Positions 27,655-40,857 of a stretch of DNA of 64,000 nucleotides are shown piece after piece (the first letter of the stretch is position 1; each line of letters begins with the position of its first letter). The position numbers and the translations under genes were made by a program. Below the pieces are notes generated by a model. The model was given only the letters and a program-made list of their open reading frames with translations, had not been told where the DNA came from and made no database searches. The DNA comes from the human T2T-CHM13v2.0 reference genome, Homo sapiens: the NCBI RefSeq assembly GCF_009914755.1, contig NC_060928.1; one strand, given 5' to 3'.

Positions 27655-27960
27655 AAGGTGTAAGGAAGGGATCCAGTTTCAGCTTTCTGCATATGGCTAG
27701 CCAGTTTTATAATACCATTTATTAATAGGGAATCCTTTCCCCATTGCATATTTTTGTCATGTTTGTCAAAGTTCAGATGGTTGTACATGTGTGGCACTAT
27801 TTCTGAGGTCTCTGTTCTGTTCCATTGGTCTATGTATCTGTTTTGGTACCGTTACCTTGCTGTTTTGGTTACTGTAGCCTTGTAGTATAGTTTGAATTCA
27901 GGTAGGGTGATATCTCCAGCTTTGTTCTTTTTGCTTAGGATTGTTTTGGCTATGCAGGCA
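27655..27960 (-). mobile_element. Isolated internal L1PA ORF2 fragment
   Basis: AAGGTGTAAGGAAGGGATCCAGTTTCAGC...TTGCTTAGGATTG; peptide [32 protein letters not shown]. Confidence 0.9.
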
Positions 27961-30900
27961 TTTTGATTAGGTAGGATTAGAATAGCATTTGGTCTTAAAC
28001 TAATTTTCACCACCACAGAAGAGTAATTCTTCCACATACTATACCTGATACTGCATGAATTACTAATTTTTTTCACCCTCAAGAGTGATGTCAGGAAATA
28101 TTCTCACCCCTCTGAGAGTTTGGGACATTTCTCCCTCTAATCCTTTCAGGTAGTTATTTTGCTAGCCTCTGTTAATTTTCTTAGACATGTGCTCTAATAA
28201 GTATTTAGCTGAAGTCTCAAAAAAGATTCTGTGAAGTTCCTCAGATATCACTCTCTCTTTCTCTAATTCTGTCTCTCTCTTTGTTCTCTTCAAACTTCCA
28301 GCTTTGTGTCTTCAACTCAGTAAGATTACTAAGCTTCACCTAGATTCTATTCTCTTTTACTGCCTAAAAACTCTGTCTTGGTATTGGGCTGTGGCAATCA
28401 CAGTACACACACCTCACTTGTTTGCCTTCTTTCAGTAATCATTGTTCTTTGTTGCCTGATGTTCATTATCTTAGAAACCATCATTTTATGTATTTTGTCT
28501 GCATTTTTATTTGTTTCAGATGGGAGGTTAAATCCACTTTGATACTCTTATCTTATCCACTAGCAGATATTTTGCGTTTTAGCATTATATACTTGTTCAG
28601 TTTATGTTACCTATATTTAACCCATTCCACTTCTTATTGCCTTTTTGTTTAAACATAAACCCTCAAAAAATCTGAAGACTATAGTAAGAGAAGATCAATA
28701 CTGTTTATTTTCATAACATTAGAATAAAGTAGGTTGAGATAATCAGATTAAGTAGGAAGCAATAAGGACCCACAGTGATAATTTGGGGATTAGGTAAAAG
28801 ACCATAGAGTGAGCAGAATAGGTTTTTGTTTTTAAATAAAAGGAATGTACTTAGAACTCACATATAGGATATCACATTGTATTTTAAAGAATATGGAAAA
28901 AGAAGGCAAATACTGCATGGTGAAATATACTTTTTTATTTCTGATTTAATTCTTTCATGAGAAACCTAGATATAGTTTTCAGAAAAAAATCATTTTTAAG
29001 AATATGTAATATATGTTTAGTATATAGTTTCATACTGAGCCACTGTAATCCTTGCAAGGATTATTGAAGAACAATTTACTAACTCATGTAGTCAAATTTA
29101 GGAAATTCATAGAAGTCAACTTAAAGGGTTTAGAGGGAATAAAGTTGCTATTATGCTACATGAATAAATATATTTTTTAAATATGCTGGATTCTGGCTAT
29201 TACTTTTAATAATAATTATACTTCAGGGATTATAGAGAGGCATCTATAAGGTGTTCCTACTCATTTCCTTTCCCATATTTTCAGAAAGAACTAGAAAAAA
29301 TAGAGATGCACAAATATATTACTTAAAAGATAAGCATGCACAGGCCCAGACACACACACACATACACATAAATACCCTTCCAAAGATCTGTAGAATAACA
29401 AGAAACAGGCTTGCTAATTTTCGATAACAATGTCTTCATCGTTGCTCATTTTTAAACATTTAAAAATTATATAAGTTAACAAAGCCTGCCCCAGTTTTTT
29501 TAAATAAGATAACTGTTCTGAAGGTCTTGTTAATGATATAACACTTCAGCTTCTAACCAATGGTATTTCTCTGTTTCATTAGTTGAAAACCCTTTGAACT
29601 GACAATCTTTTGTGCACTCAAATTCTCAATACTGAAACCAGTAGTAATACCCGTGCTTAACTAGATGAAGAACAAAGAGCAGATTATAATAAGATTTTCT
29701 TTGTATAATAATTGAAAAGTAAAGAAAAAATACTACACTGACAAGAAACTTAGGGCATGTCTTATACTCTCATCAATTGTAAAGCAAATCTATTAAGGAC
29801 TGTAATAATGTATTTATGCAAACAAGGTGGTTTTCTTATTATATAGAAGATGTCTTATTTAACGATAATAAGTTAGGAATGAAAATACGCTTTTTTGTAG
29901 CAGAGGAGGTGCTTATGAGTGAAGTATCTCATAGAAGTACAAGTTGTAAATAGTGGTATTTATTTGCAAACCTTTAATTTCTAGGTATATATTTTTATCT
30001 GTAGAAACATGATATCACATTTATGTTTTAAATTATGTTATTCCTGCATGTTGCATTGCAATATAAATTGTCACAAATAGCAACCAATTTTTGGATAATT
30101 AAAATAGATCTTATTTACTGCAACTTGAACTTTTCACATGGGAGCAATAAACATTTATTTACCATCACTCAGGGTGTTGATATATTTTAAACATTTTGTC
30201 ATACTGTGCTCTTGAATCTCAAAAAGATGGGCCATCACTATGTTGCATATGTTGCTATATATATTAAAATCTTCCTAATGCTAAATTTAACATATAAGAG
30301 GAAATTCAGTCCCTAAGTATTGTCAAAGGAGAAAAAATTGTGTTCCTGAACAATGACCATCTGTCAAATGAAACTATACTAAAGTAGTATGTGGTAGCCA
30401 CATGATAGGATCTCATTTACTGAAATTGAACTGGAAACACTGAATGAATTTCATATAAGTAAGGGCCTCAATTTGACCATGGAGAGACATATAAAAGAGA
30501 AAACTCACTCAGCTTGCAGATACATTACTTGTATTTTTCTCATTACCCTACCAAGATATTTAATGAAGAAAAAGAAAGTTGGGGGACAGGGAATCATACA
30601 AATGATTCTTCATATATATGAACACATTTATCTAATTTCTATATAGGTCCTGTAGAAATGTTTTATATGTGATAAGCTGGAAGAAACACCTGTGTCAGGT
30701 TCACCATAACACACACAGTAAATTCAAAAATGTAAAAAAAGTCTTTGAAACCGATAGGACCACACTAAGTCTCTTCCCATTTCAATGGTCCCATATATAG
30801 TCTGATTTTTACCCCTTCAGTTTTTCTTTCAGGCTCTATAAGCCAAATAATTTAGGTGAGTTTTGTGCCCTCTGTATGCCAAATCTATTTTGGTCCCTCT

Positions 30901-31528
30901 GTTATTTAATATTGGCATTTTGCAGAGAGAGTATTTTAAGTCTTGATGCTTTTTCCATTTGTATATATAAAACAGACTTGTTTTGTTTCTCCCTTATCCA
31001 AATATAAAGATAGTCAAGTAATTTTATTCTTTCTAAATTATTGTTACATAAATGCAGTTATCAAAATTGTTATAGTCCAGGCCAACCAGAAGCAAATTAA
31101 AAACAAATTATTTGATATAGCAACTGTCTTACATAATAGTTTTCAATGTATGCTGTATCCATTTAATGTAGCAATTGCAATGTTTTGCCTTATGCATTGG
31201 CTCTTATTTAGAATTCATGATTGTTGCTCTATTACCCGAAATTTTATTGCAAAAGAATAAAATATTGTTTGATTTCATTTCGTTGACACTATGTTTTGAC
31301 ACCTGCACATGCAAAGCCTACACATTCTTTGGTACTTCTGGTTGAATCACTGACATTTCCTTCAGTTCTATCTTTCATAGGCTTTTGTAGTGTCTCCAGT
31401 TTATTCAGAATGTTAATTTTGCTGATATGCTTGATATTCATTCTAAAAGGTATACCCACTTATTCTTCACACAGAAATGTCTTCCTTTTTCTGCCTAACA
31501 TTCAACATTGATTAAAATTGACTTGTTA

Positions 31529-31673
31529 GGTATTTCTCCTAATACCTAATGTAGATGACAGATTGATGGGTGCCGCAAACCACCATGGCACCTATATAAC
31601 AAATCATGTATACCTATGTAACAAACCTGCACGTTCTGCACATGTATCCCAGAACTTAAAATATAAAAATAAA
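31529..31673 (+). mobile_element. Very short L1PA 3' end with inverted 5' micro-segment
   Basis: ATACCTAATGTAGATGAC...CCCAGAACTTAAAATATAAAAATAAAA; TSD AAAA(T/G)T(G/A)ACTTGTTA at 31514-31528 and 31674-31688. Confidence 0.9.
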
Positions 31674-31989
31674 AAAAGTAACTTGTTAATGCTGTTCAAA
31701 GCACAGTTTCTCCCTCAGGTAAAACTTACAAGTCCTTGATATGCCTTTTATCAACACATCTACTTAGTGTCCAGTATCATGTCTAGCACTATGTAGATGA
31801 CCAATGAATGTTTGATGAATTAATATACTAACAAATTGATGACTGTTACATCATCAAAAGATAAATTTGGTGAATTTTACCTTTTACTTGTCTGTGACAA
31901 TCTGATGTAAAAACTTTTATTCAGACTGACCGCTGATCATGTCAGAGGCAACTGTCTCTTGCTCTAGCTTGGAGGGAGAACAGACAGAT

Positions 31990-32466
31990 TCCACCTCCAC
32001 TTCTGTCTTCCACATATAGGTATCACATCTTGGCTGGGGGCTACACTGCTGATGCTGTCCACAATGCTCTATGTCCTTAGACACAGTAGGGTGGCCCACA
32101 CAGGTCTAGCCCAATATGCACAATCCTGATATGTCAGGGAAGCTAAAACTCCAGGAGCTAAAACTTGACCATTGTGGTATAGGAGTTAATGGGCAAGTAG
32201 ACAAATTCTTCTCCATTTTTGCTCCTTATAAACACTTGTGAGACACAGTTTATATGGTTTCTCAGGGGCGTGGTCTCACATATCAGACCATCAATCACCT
32301 GCATGGTAGAAGACAACTTGATAATATATCTTCATGGACTGTCTCTCATTTCTTGATTTGATTTTCTTATTTTTTATCCTTCATTCATGGAACTGTATTA
32401 TCGCATAAAACAATATACACAAGCTCCATGTCAATGGCTCTGGCTTCTGGAGAACCCAAGCTAAGT
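31990..32466 (+). mobile_element. ERVL LTR (LTR33-like)
   Basis: AAACTTGACCATTG...ACAAATTCTTCTCC and terminus GGCTCTGGCTTCTGGAGAACCCAAGCTAAG. Confidence 0.6.
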
Positions 32467-33051
32467 GCACCCTTATCAAACTAACCCAAAATTTCCTGTG
32501 CCCCTTATTATTTCTAGGTTTTCACATTATAATAGAAATCTATTATACTTCAAATATCCCCTTCATTAAAGCAAAGTTACCATTAAGTAATGCATTTGTA
32601 CAACATAACTTTTATAGGTTCTTCAACTAAGTCACAGAAACTCTAAGATAAAAAGACATGTCTCAATTTTTAAAGTTCCTAGATCAAGAAGAAGAAACAT
32701 GCAATAATGCAAATACGATGCCTTACAGAACAATACACAGTAAGATAGAGTGAATGGGATTCCCAAAATCCCCAGCTATTTAAAATAACTAAGATTAAAT
32801 TTAAATGGAATAACATGTATCTCATATATATGTATCAGATTAATGTTTTTGGTCTCTCTACTCTCTGACTCAGTGTCTATTTCTGTAATGGTTCTGCCCG
32901 CAGGATAGTGAGAAAAGAAAATGAGCATGTGTGCCTCATTCTCTCTTTGAACTATCTGCTGTCAGACAGAGTATTTATGTTATAAACATTAGAAGGACAA
33001 AAAAATTTTGTAGGTGAGATAGAACATGGTTTGCACTGAGGCTTGTGAATG

Positions 33052-36000
33052 GTGTGTAGTCTGCAATAATGGGTGTTTTAGTCTGTTTCCTGTTGCTGTA
33101 ATGGAATACCTCGGACTGGGTAATTGACAAAGAATAGATGTTTATTTAGCTTACAATATTGGAGGCTAGAAAGTCCAATCAGGTGGTTGCATCTAGTAAG
33201 ACCCTCGTGCTGCTTCATAACATGGAGGAAAAGTGAAAGGAAACAAGAGAAAACTGAGGAAGCCAAAGTGGATTTTATAAGAACAAAATCTCATAACTGG
33301 CCTCTCTCAGTCATCTCTTTAATGCCCCATCTCTTAATACTGTTATATTGGCAATTAAATTTTCAACACATAAAGTTTTGGGGAACACATTCAAAGCATA
33401 GCATTCCACCCCAGTCTCTAAAATTTACATCATTTCACAGTACAAAATGTATATATTCTATCCTAATAGTCCCAAATTCATAATTCTTTCCAGCACCAAC
33501 TTAAAAGTGCAAAATCTAGAGTCTCTTCTGAGACTCAAAGCACAATTCATCCTTAGTCCAATTTGCCTCTTTCTAAGAGCCTGTAAATTTTTTTTTAAGT
33601 TATGTTTTGTCATGTTATGTTCAAAAATATAATGGTGATACTGGCAGAGGGCAGATATTCCCATTCAAAATGGAAAAAGTAGGTAAGAAGAAAGAAGAAA
33701 CATGTCCAAAGTAAGTCCAAAACTCAACAGGAAAAAAAAATAAGTCTTAAAGCTAGAGAATAATATTTCACCCCATGTGTCCCTTCCTGGACATACTTGG
33801 GAGAAAGTTGGTCCCTCGAGGCCTCGGGCAATCTGGGTCTCATGGCTTTTCTGGTTGCACCCCACATGACTGCTCTCCTGGGGAGAAATCAGTTGCCTGA
33901 GGCTTTGTTGCATGCTGGCATTGCACACTGGTAGCTCTACAGTTCTTGCTTTCTAGCAGCAGTTCTGCTTGTGTGGCTCCAGTGTGCACTGCCCTGGTGG
34001 AGATTCTATACAGTAGCTCCAACCCCATATATCTGCTCTGCATTGCCCTGGTGGTAACTCTCTGTTATGACTTTACCCCGTTACAAGTTTCTGCCTGGGT
34101 CTGAGAGCTGTTTGATACATCCTTTGAAATCTAGTTGGATTTTGCATCCTGTACACTTTGAATGCCTTCAGAATTAGCACCTCATGGACAACACAAAGGC
34201 TTACTATTTGTGGCCTCTGGATTAGTGGAATGAGCCATATCTAGGTTTGCTTCAGCTTTGATGTAGTGATACCAAGGTTTCCAGCTTTAGTGTGTTGGGA
34301 CAGTGAATCAAGCTGTACCTGGGGCCTCTGGAGCCATAGCTATAGTATTGAAGGAATGCTGCTTCAGGATGCAGGAAGCAGGGACTCAAGGCAGCTCAGG
34401 GCAGTGAACTCTTTCTGCTCTCAAACCTTAACATTCTCAGCTTGTGATGTAAAGGGCAACCTCCAAGATTTCTGAAAAGCTTTCTGGGTCTTTCCTGCTG
34501 GTTATTAGTACTGATGATAAGCACTTGGCTCCCTTCCAGCCATATTAATCTCTTTAGTAACTGGGCCACATCTTGAGCTCTGTGTTCTGAATATGCCTTT
34601 TCACTCTTCACGTGGCCAGGCTAAAAATTTTCCAAATCTCTCTACTTTGTTTCCCTTTTAGTTATAAGTTCTGTCATCTCTTTCCTCTCCCAAATGATTA
34701 GACGGAGCCAAAGGCTGCCATGCAGCTTCTTGAACACTTTGCTGCTTAGATATTTCTTCCACTAAAAATCCTAGTTCAGCACTCTTAAATTCTTCCTTCC
34801 ACAAAGTCCTTAGAAATGGACAGAACTTTGCCAGATTTTATAACAAGGATGGTATTTCTTTCAGCTTCCAACAAGATATTTCCCATTTCTATCTGAGACC
34901 TCAACAGGATAGTCTTTACTGTTTATATTTCCATCAAAATTTTGATCACAACCACTTAAGCAATTTCTAAAGAGGTTTAGACTTTCCCTTGTCCTCTTGT
35001 CTTTTTCTGAGCCCTCAGAAGAAACATCCTTTATGCTCCGCTTATGAAATTCTAGGCTTTTTACAGCCTGCCCCTCAAAATTCTTCCAGCCTCCACCAAT
35101 TGCTCAGTTCTAAAGTAACTCCCATATTTTCAGGTATTGTTTTGGCACCAACGCCACTTCTTGGGACCAACTTTTTGTCTTAGTCTATTTTCTGTTGGAG
35201 TAACAAAATACCTGAGACTGGGTCTTTCATAAAGAATAGAGGTTTATTTAGTCCAGTTAGAGGCTGGGAAGTCCAAGATTTGGTGTCTGCATCTGGTGAG
35301 AGCTCTGTGCCGCTTCATAACATGGCAGAAAAATGGAAGGGATCACATGACAAGAGAAGGAGTAAGAGAAATCTCAGGAAGCCACACTCACTTTTACAAC
35401 AAACTGCACTTGTGATAACTAACCCCTCCCCAGGAGAACTAATTTATTCTTGTGAGGACTAACTCAGCCCCCAGATGAAAGCATTAATTCATTCATGAGA
35501 GCTCTGCCCCCATGACCCAGTCACCCTGTAAGCCCCACCACTTGATACTGTTACATTGGCAATTGAGTTTTCACCACATGGACTTTTAGGGGATACAGTC
35601 AAATCCTAGCAATGGGCTTGTAACTACACTTTCCGCCATGTAACTTCCTAGTTCTTTTCACCAGTGAGGCAAAGTGTAATTGTGAGTCCCTTGATTCTGA
35701 GTTCAGCCAAGTTATGTGCTTGACAAAAGGGATGTCAGCAGACGTGATCCATGTATAGGATTAAAAAAGCATGTGGTTCCACGCTCATTCTTGTTCTCTA
35801 ACACTGTTATGATCACCGTATTAGCTCATATGTGAGAAATGAAACACAGGTGTCCCAGTATCCCCTGGTATCCCAGTTGACAGTCTACTAAAATCCAGAA
35901 AGATTAGTGAGCCAGATTAAAACCTGAAGAGCTACTCATTCTAAATGGTGAAACACAGCCAGATGAGATAAATAAATGCTCATTGGTTGGCATCATTAAT

Positions 36001-36290
36001 TTTTGCACAGATTTGTTATGTACCATAATTGTGGCAGTAGATAACTGATGCAGAAATGGGTTCCAAAAAAGGAGTGCTACCATACAAAAACATAAAATAT
36101 GTGGCTTTGGCTTTGAGGTGGATGACAGTAGAAAAGAAATGTTAGTAGAGACTGAAAAAATACTGAGAAAACTATTAAAACAGCCTTGAAAAAATGATAA
36201 GGAAACTTCTAAAGAAGTCTGAAAAAAAAAGCCAACTGTGCTATATCTTTGTAATCATCTATTAAGAATGTTGACCCAGGTAACTCGAGT
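33052..36290 (+). mobile_element. MLT1(G/H-like) LTR plus start of internal region, split by the MST provirus
   Basis: TGTGTAGTCTGCAATAATGG before the MST; after it CCCTTGATTCTGAG...GATTTGTTATGTACCATAATTGTGGCAGTAGATAACTGATGCA, then GAAATGGGTTCC internal start. Confidence 0.65.
33074..35611 (-). mobile_element. Complete MST-class MaLR provirus (LTR 33074-33403, internal, LTR 35176-35611)
   Basis: LTRs start TGT(T/C)TTAGTCT and end ...TAGCA; TSD ATGGG at 33069-33073 and 35612-35616. Confidence 0.88.
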
Positions 36291-36334
36291 TTTTTTTTTA
36301 AAGATTGTTTGGATTTGGGAAGATTTATTTAAGC

Positions 36335-36472
36335 ATAAGGTCTCTGTCACCACTACTTAGCTCTACTGTCGTAGCTAAACTAGTTGTCACTAACATATAA
36401 ATGGATGATCATGGCTATGTTCCAATAAAACTTTGTTTAATGATCTGTGGATTGTACTTTGCCAAATTCTGA
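36335..36472 (+). mobile_element. MER58A-like DNA transposon fragment
   Basis: GGTCTCTGTCACCACTACTTAGCTCT...ATGGCTATGTTCCAATAAAACTTT. Confidence 0.7.
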
Positions 36473-36796
36473 TTTATCTCAAATTATAGAACTTAAGAAT
36501 AAAAGCACATTGTCAAATAATAGCATTCTGTTATTTTTGGAATGAAGCACTCATATAACATTAATTAAGATAAACATGGAATACAGAGTAAATTTACATT
36601 TGAATATTTGTGGGATTCCTTTGTCAGTTATTAAGTGGATGGCACATCTATATTTACAAATTAGGACCCATGATATAACGGCTATAAAGATTTTATGTAG
36701 AAATACTCTTGTTCCATGTTGCTCTAACATATTAAATACAGAGAAAATTACAGTCTCCCTAAATGCATTCTTATCCGTATTTTTCCCGCAACATTT

Positions 36797-37135
36797 TATT
36801 TTGGAGATTTCTGTCTCCCTAAATGCAATGTATACACCCAAAACTATCTATATACCATAAAACTAAATTATGGGAATTGATATTTCAAAATATACATTGT
36901 TGTACATACTGAGAGAGAAAAATTGTTCACCTTAAGAAATAAATATGTGCATAAGAAATAAATAAATCTCCAAAATAATTTGGAGATTTCTGTCTCCCTA
37001 ACTGGAATGTGTCTCCCCAAAATATCTATATACCATAAAACTAAACTATGGGAATTGATATTTCAAAGTATACATTGTTGTACATATTGAGACAGAAAAA
37101 ATTGTTCACCTGAAGAAATAAACATGTATGTAAGA
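36797..37135. repeat. Two-copy tandem duplication, period ~179 bp
   Basis: TTGGAGATTTCTGTCTCCCTAA...TATCTATATACCATAAAACTAAA...AATTGTTCACCT at 36801 and 36980. Confidence 0.95.
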
Positions 37136-37255
37136 GAAAACTACCTAGTTTTAGGGTGACTACAAATTCAAATTTTTCCAATCACAATCTATTCTGTTTC
37201 AAGTAGGAAAGCAAGACATCTGCCAGATGTGATGCTCATTGAAATACAATATGTC

Positions 37256-37405
37256 TTAAAAAGGCCCAAGTTGAACATATTTCATGCCTCTACTTAACAC
37301 TTTGAACATATATAGTTGTTATAATAATTATTTTAATATATGTATCTGCCAATTCTGTTTTAGCACTGGGTATTATATATGTAATTGCCACACTAAAAAA
37401 AAAAA
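37256..37405 (+). other. Retroposed non-repeat sequence with poly(A) and perfect TSD
   Basis: GAAATACAATATGTC at 37241-37255 and 37406-37420; A11 at 37395-37405. Confidence 0.85.
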
Positions 37406-37849
37406 GAAATACAATATGTCATTAATATTGTAATTAGAGGAAACTTCATATAGATACCAGATGTATATTGGTGCCTGAATTGTTTTTTGGTATAAACATA
37501 AGTTGAATATTTTTCTAGGTTTTAGTAAAAGTTGGAAAATAAAATTAAAAATGGAGTATGAATAAGATGCTATTGTAGACTAAACTTTTTAATATATTTT
37601 GGTTATTAGAATATTTTGTTTTATAAAAATTTGTTTTATATATATTTTATCCATATATTTTAAGCAACAAAATCATTCTACTCTTCCTTCTGTCAAAAGT
37701 AAGAGAAATTAAAGATTTCTTAGTAGCTATCAACCAATTATTATAACCACCTGGATTAGAAATAGAGTTAGATATCCAGAGACACATATATTGTATGATC
37801 AGCTGACAATTTATCCCTTACTTAGCATCCTATTTATATTGACTAATTT

Positions 37850-38680
37850 AATATTTAATCATATAATTTAATATTACTTGAGGATCTGCTATGTATTATA
37901 CAATCTGCTATTGACAAGACAGATTTCTTGAACTCACACAGATTACAATCTACCAGGAAGGACAGATTTTAAACAAATAAATTTGAATGTACATGGCATA
38001 AAGGAAAATACCATGTATAATAAAAACATTAGAACAGTCACCAAATTTTTTATGGCCAAGAAAAGAAAGCTCTTCTAAGTATATTACTTTGCTGCCTAGA
38101 TCTGAGGCATGAGCAGGAATTAGACACTACAAGGGTTGTGTGAACAGAATTTTAAGCAGAGGGAATAATACAATGTAAGGGAACTATGAGAAATAAAAGT
38201 TGGTATACTTCAGGTTAAAAGGTCAATGGGGCCAAAGCATGATAATACAGAAAAATAATGTTAGAAAGTAAGGTTGGAAAGTTATATTAAAGTGAATTAT
38301 TGAGGCTTTGTGATTTTTTAAGAGTTTTAGCTTTCAACCAAGAAAAGATGAACATTCATCAAAGGGTTTTAAAAAGTAAAGAAGTATAATTATCTCCTTA
38401 TTTAAAAACTGTTAGATATTTTTTGTATGAAAGTATCAAAAGTGAATATTAAGAGATTGCTATTGCCCAGAAGCAAAAGAGTGGTAGTACATGTCCTATT
38501 AATGCCGATGCAAGTGAGAGAATTATGGATATTTGAGAATTATGTTAAGTGTTACAATTAACTGGAATTTCTGGTTTTATTGAAACAGTGAATGATGAGA
38601 AAGAGGACATGGACTAGGACAATTTCCAGATTGTTGATATGAGCCACAGCCTATTGCCATTTACTGAAAAAGAAGGCCAT
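37850..38680 (-). mobile_element. L2 fragment
   Basis: TTACTTGAGGATCTGCTATGT...AAGACAGA...TTACAATCTA...; purine-rich antisense L2 body. Confidence 0.6.
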
Positions 38681-38767
38681 AAATTCCATGATACCAAAAC
38701 AAGACTTATTCACTTTCTTTTAGGTATAAAATGAAGTATTCTCACTATCTGGATCTTCTGTTTATAC

Positions 38768-39640
38768 TGTGATATAATAATGTCATAATATAATATATTA
38801 TGTAATAATACATTTGCAATTTGGCTTTTGAGCCAGTTTCCCAGCAGAAAGCTCCTAAGCCCTTCTAATATCCTGAGTGATAGGGATGATATAAGTATCT
38901 TTCGCTATAATATTTGATCTTAGTTTCCAGGTCCTGACATAGCAGTTTCTAAGGCTCTTGGAATTTCCAGAGTAATGAGAGTATCTTTTGCATGCTATTA
39001 AGATGACTGGTGGCTCGGTGTTCCTCTGTAGCTTTAGAATGGGGGCTTTTCACCAGAGAGATCAAGACATGGCTAGAGGTTTGGAACTTGTGGCCCCAGC
39101 CCTAGGCCACTGGAGAGGGGAGAGTGGCTAGACATTGAGTCAATCACCAGTGGCCAATGCTTTTATCAATAATGCCTACATAATGGAGCCTTGATAAAAA
39201 CTCTGAACAATGAGGTTTGAGGAGCTTCTGGGTTGGTGAACCCTATCGTCAAAGCTCTTGTGCTCAGGACCTTTTTGGACCTCGCTCTATGTACCTTTTC
39301 ATCTGTTGTTCATTTGCATATTTTTGTTGTATCCTTTAAAATAAAGTGGTAACAGTAAGTAAATTGTTTTTCCTGAGTTCTGTGAGTTGCCAAATCATTA
39401 AACATGAAGAGGGGTTGTGAGGATCTCTGATTTATACCAGTCAGTTGGAAATACAGAAGGTTTGGGAATGAGCCCTTCATCAGGGCGGTCTCGTGCTACC
39501 TCCAGGTAGTTAGTGTCAGAACAGAATTTAATTGTTAGACTTCTACTTGGTGTCTGGAGAGTTGGCGAATTGGTCACTGATGTGAAGAAACCTCCACACA
39601 TCAGGCATCAGAAGTATTCTGTGGGTAGAAACATCATAGT
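38768..39640 (+). mobile_element. MER21-like solo LTR
   Basis: TGTGATATAATAA start, CCTGAGTTCTGTGAG, TAGTTAGTGTCAGAA..GAATT, GGCATCAGAAGT. Confidence 0.8.
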
Positions 39641-40354
39641 ACCTACACATACTGAACCCACATGTAACAGAGAATGCGCTACTCTTTCTTTGGGTCTGAA
39701 GCAGTGTGCCATTGTTGTAATCCACCAAATATATCAGCTTCACAAAGAATGGTGTTCTCAGTTGTGGATGGGCCCTCTGAGTCATAACAGTGGCAGATGA
39801 TGACACAAGCATTCCTCTCTGGCTTTTCCCTTCTTTGGCTACATTCGAACAGTGCAATCTCAAAAGCAGATTGTTTTACTTTTTTTATTTATCAAGACAG
39901 AGTGTAGAGATCATGAATGACAATGCTCTAGGTCACTACATACGTGGGATAGAAGAAAATCATCCATCACTTTACAAATGCAGATTTATCTTTTTATGTC
40001 ATAAATAGACTGTTAAAGAAAGTATTTTATAAATAGAAATGAAATTCTCAGTGATTCATACTAATGAATAAAGGGCTCAGGAAATTCTGCAATAGTGTTT
40101 ACCATTAATTCTACAGAAATGCTTTTCAAGTCATTAACAGTAATTCTTCACAGATGCAAAATAAAATGACTAAATTGTTATATTTAGTAAGAAAAATGCC
40201 AATTTTAGATGTTAAAATGTCTTGAGAGAATATTTCTTTATAAGATTTATGATTTATACTAAATCTTATAAAATACTGTTTATACAAAAACAGTAACTTA
40301 TTTCATTGCAATTCTATGTTATTTGTTTAATGCCTTCTGGAATGATTATAAAAA

Positions 40355-40590
40355 TCATTTACTGAGACCTTATTAGGTACTGGTTAAGCATTTTACATGT
40401 ATTAACTTCAATAACACCCATAAATTATGAAGTTGGCATGATCTGCATCACCACTTTACATATGGGAAGCTGACATACTGAGAGTGAGTCTAATTTGTCA
40501 AAGGACACCAAGCCAGTAATTTGAGAAGCTTGAATCAGAGCCCAGGCAACCTGAGATAAGCTCCCTATTTACCCATTAAGCTGTGCACAA
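40355..40590 (-). mobile_element. MIR SINE
   Basis: CATTTACTGAG...AAGCATTTTACATGTATTAAC...TTTACATATGGGAAGCTGA...TTGTCAAAGGACAC. Confidence 0.75.
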
Positions 40591-40857
40591 CAGGGAACTC
40601 AGACCTCATATTCATGATCAGAATAAATCCAAATTTTTTAAATATGAAAATTAATTACACCTGTTCCTCCTCACCAATACAATAGGAATCTGGCATACTA
40701 TAAATATTATCTTTAGAAGGTGCTTCAGAATGCATCATCATTGTATTGGTTGTGAATTTATGCACTTTGCCTCATTGTCTGTCGATGCGTTCCCATTGTT
40801 TTTAACAAATCATTCTCCATTTTGTATGGTTCCTTTTAATGATGCTTTTCTAGACTT

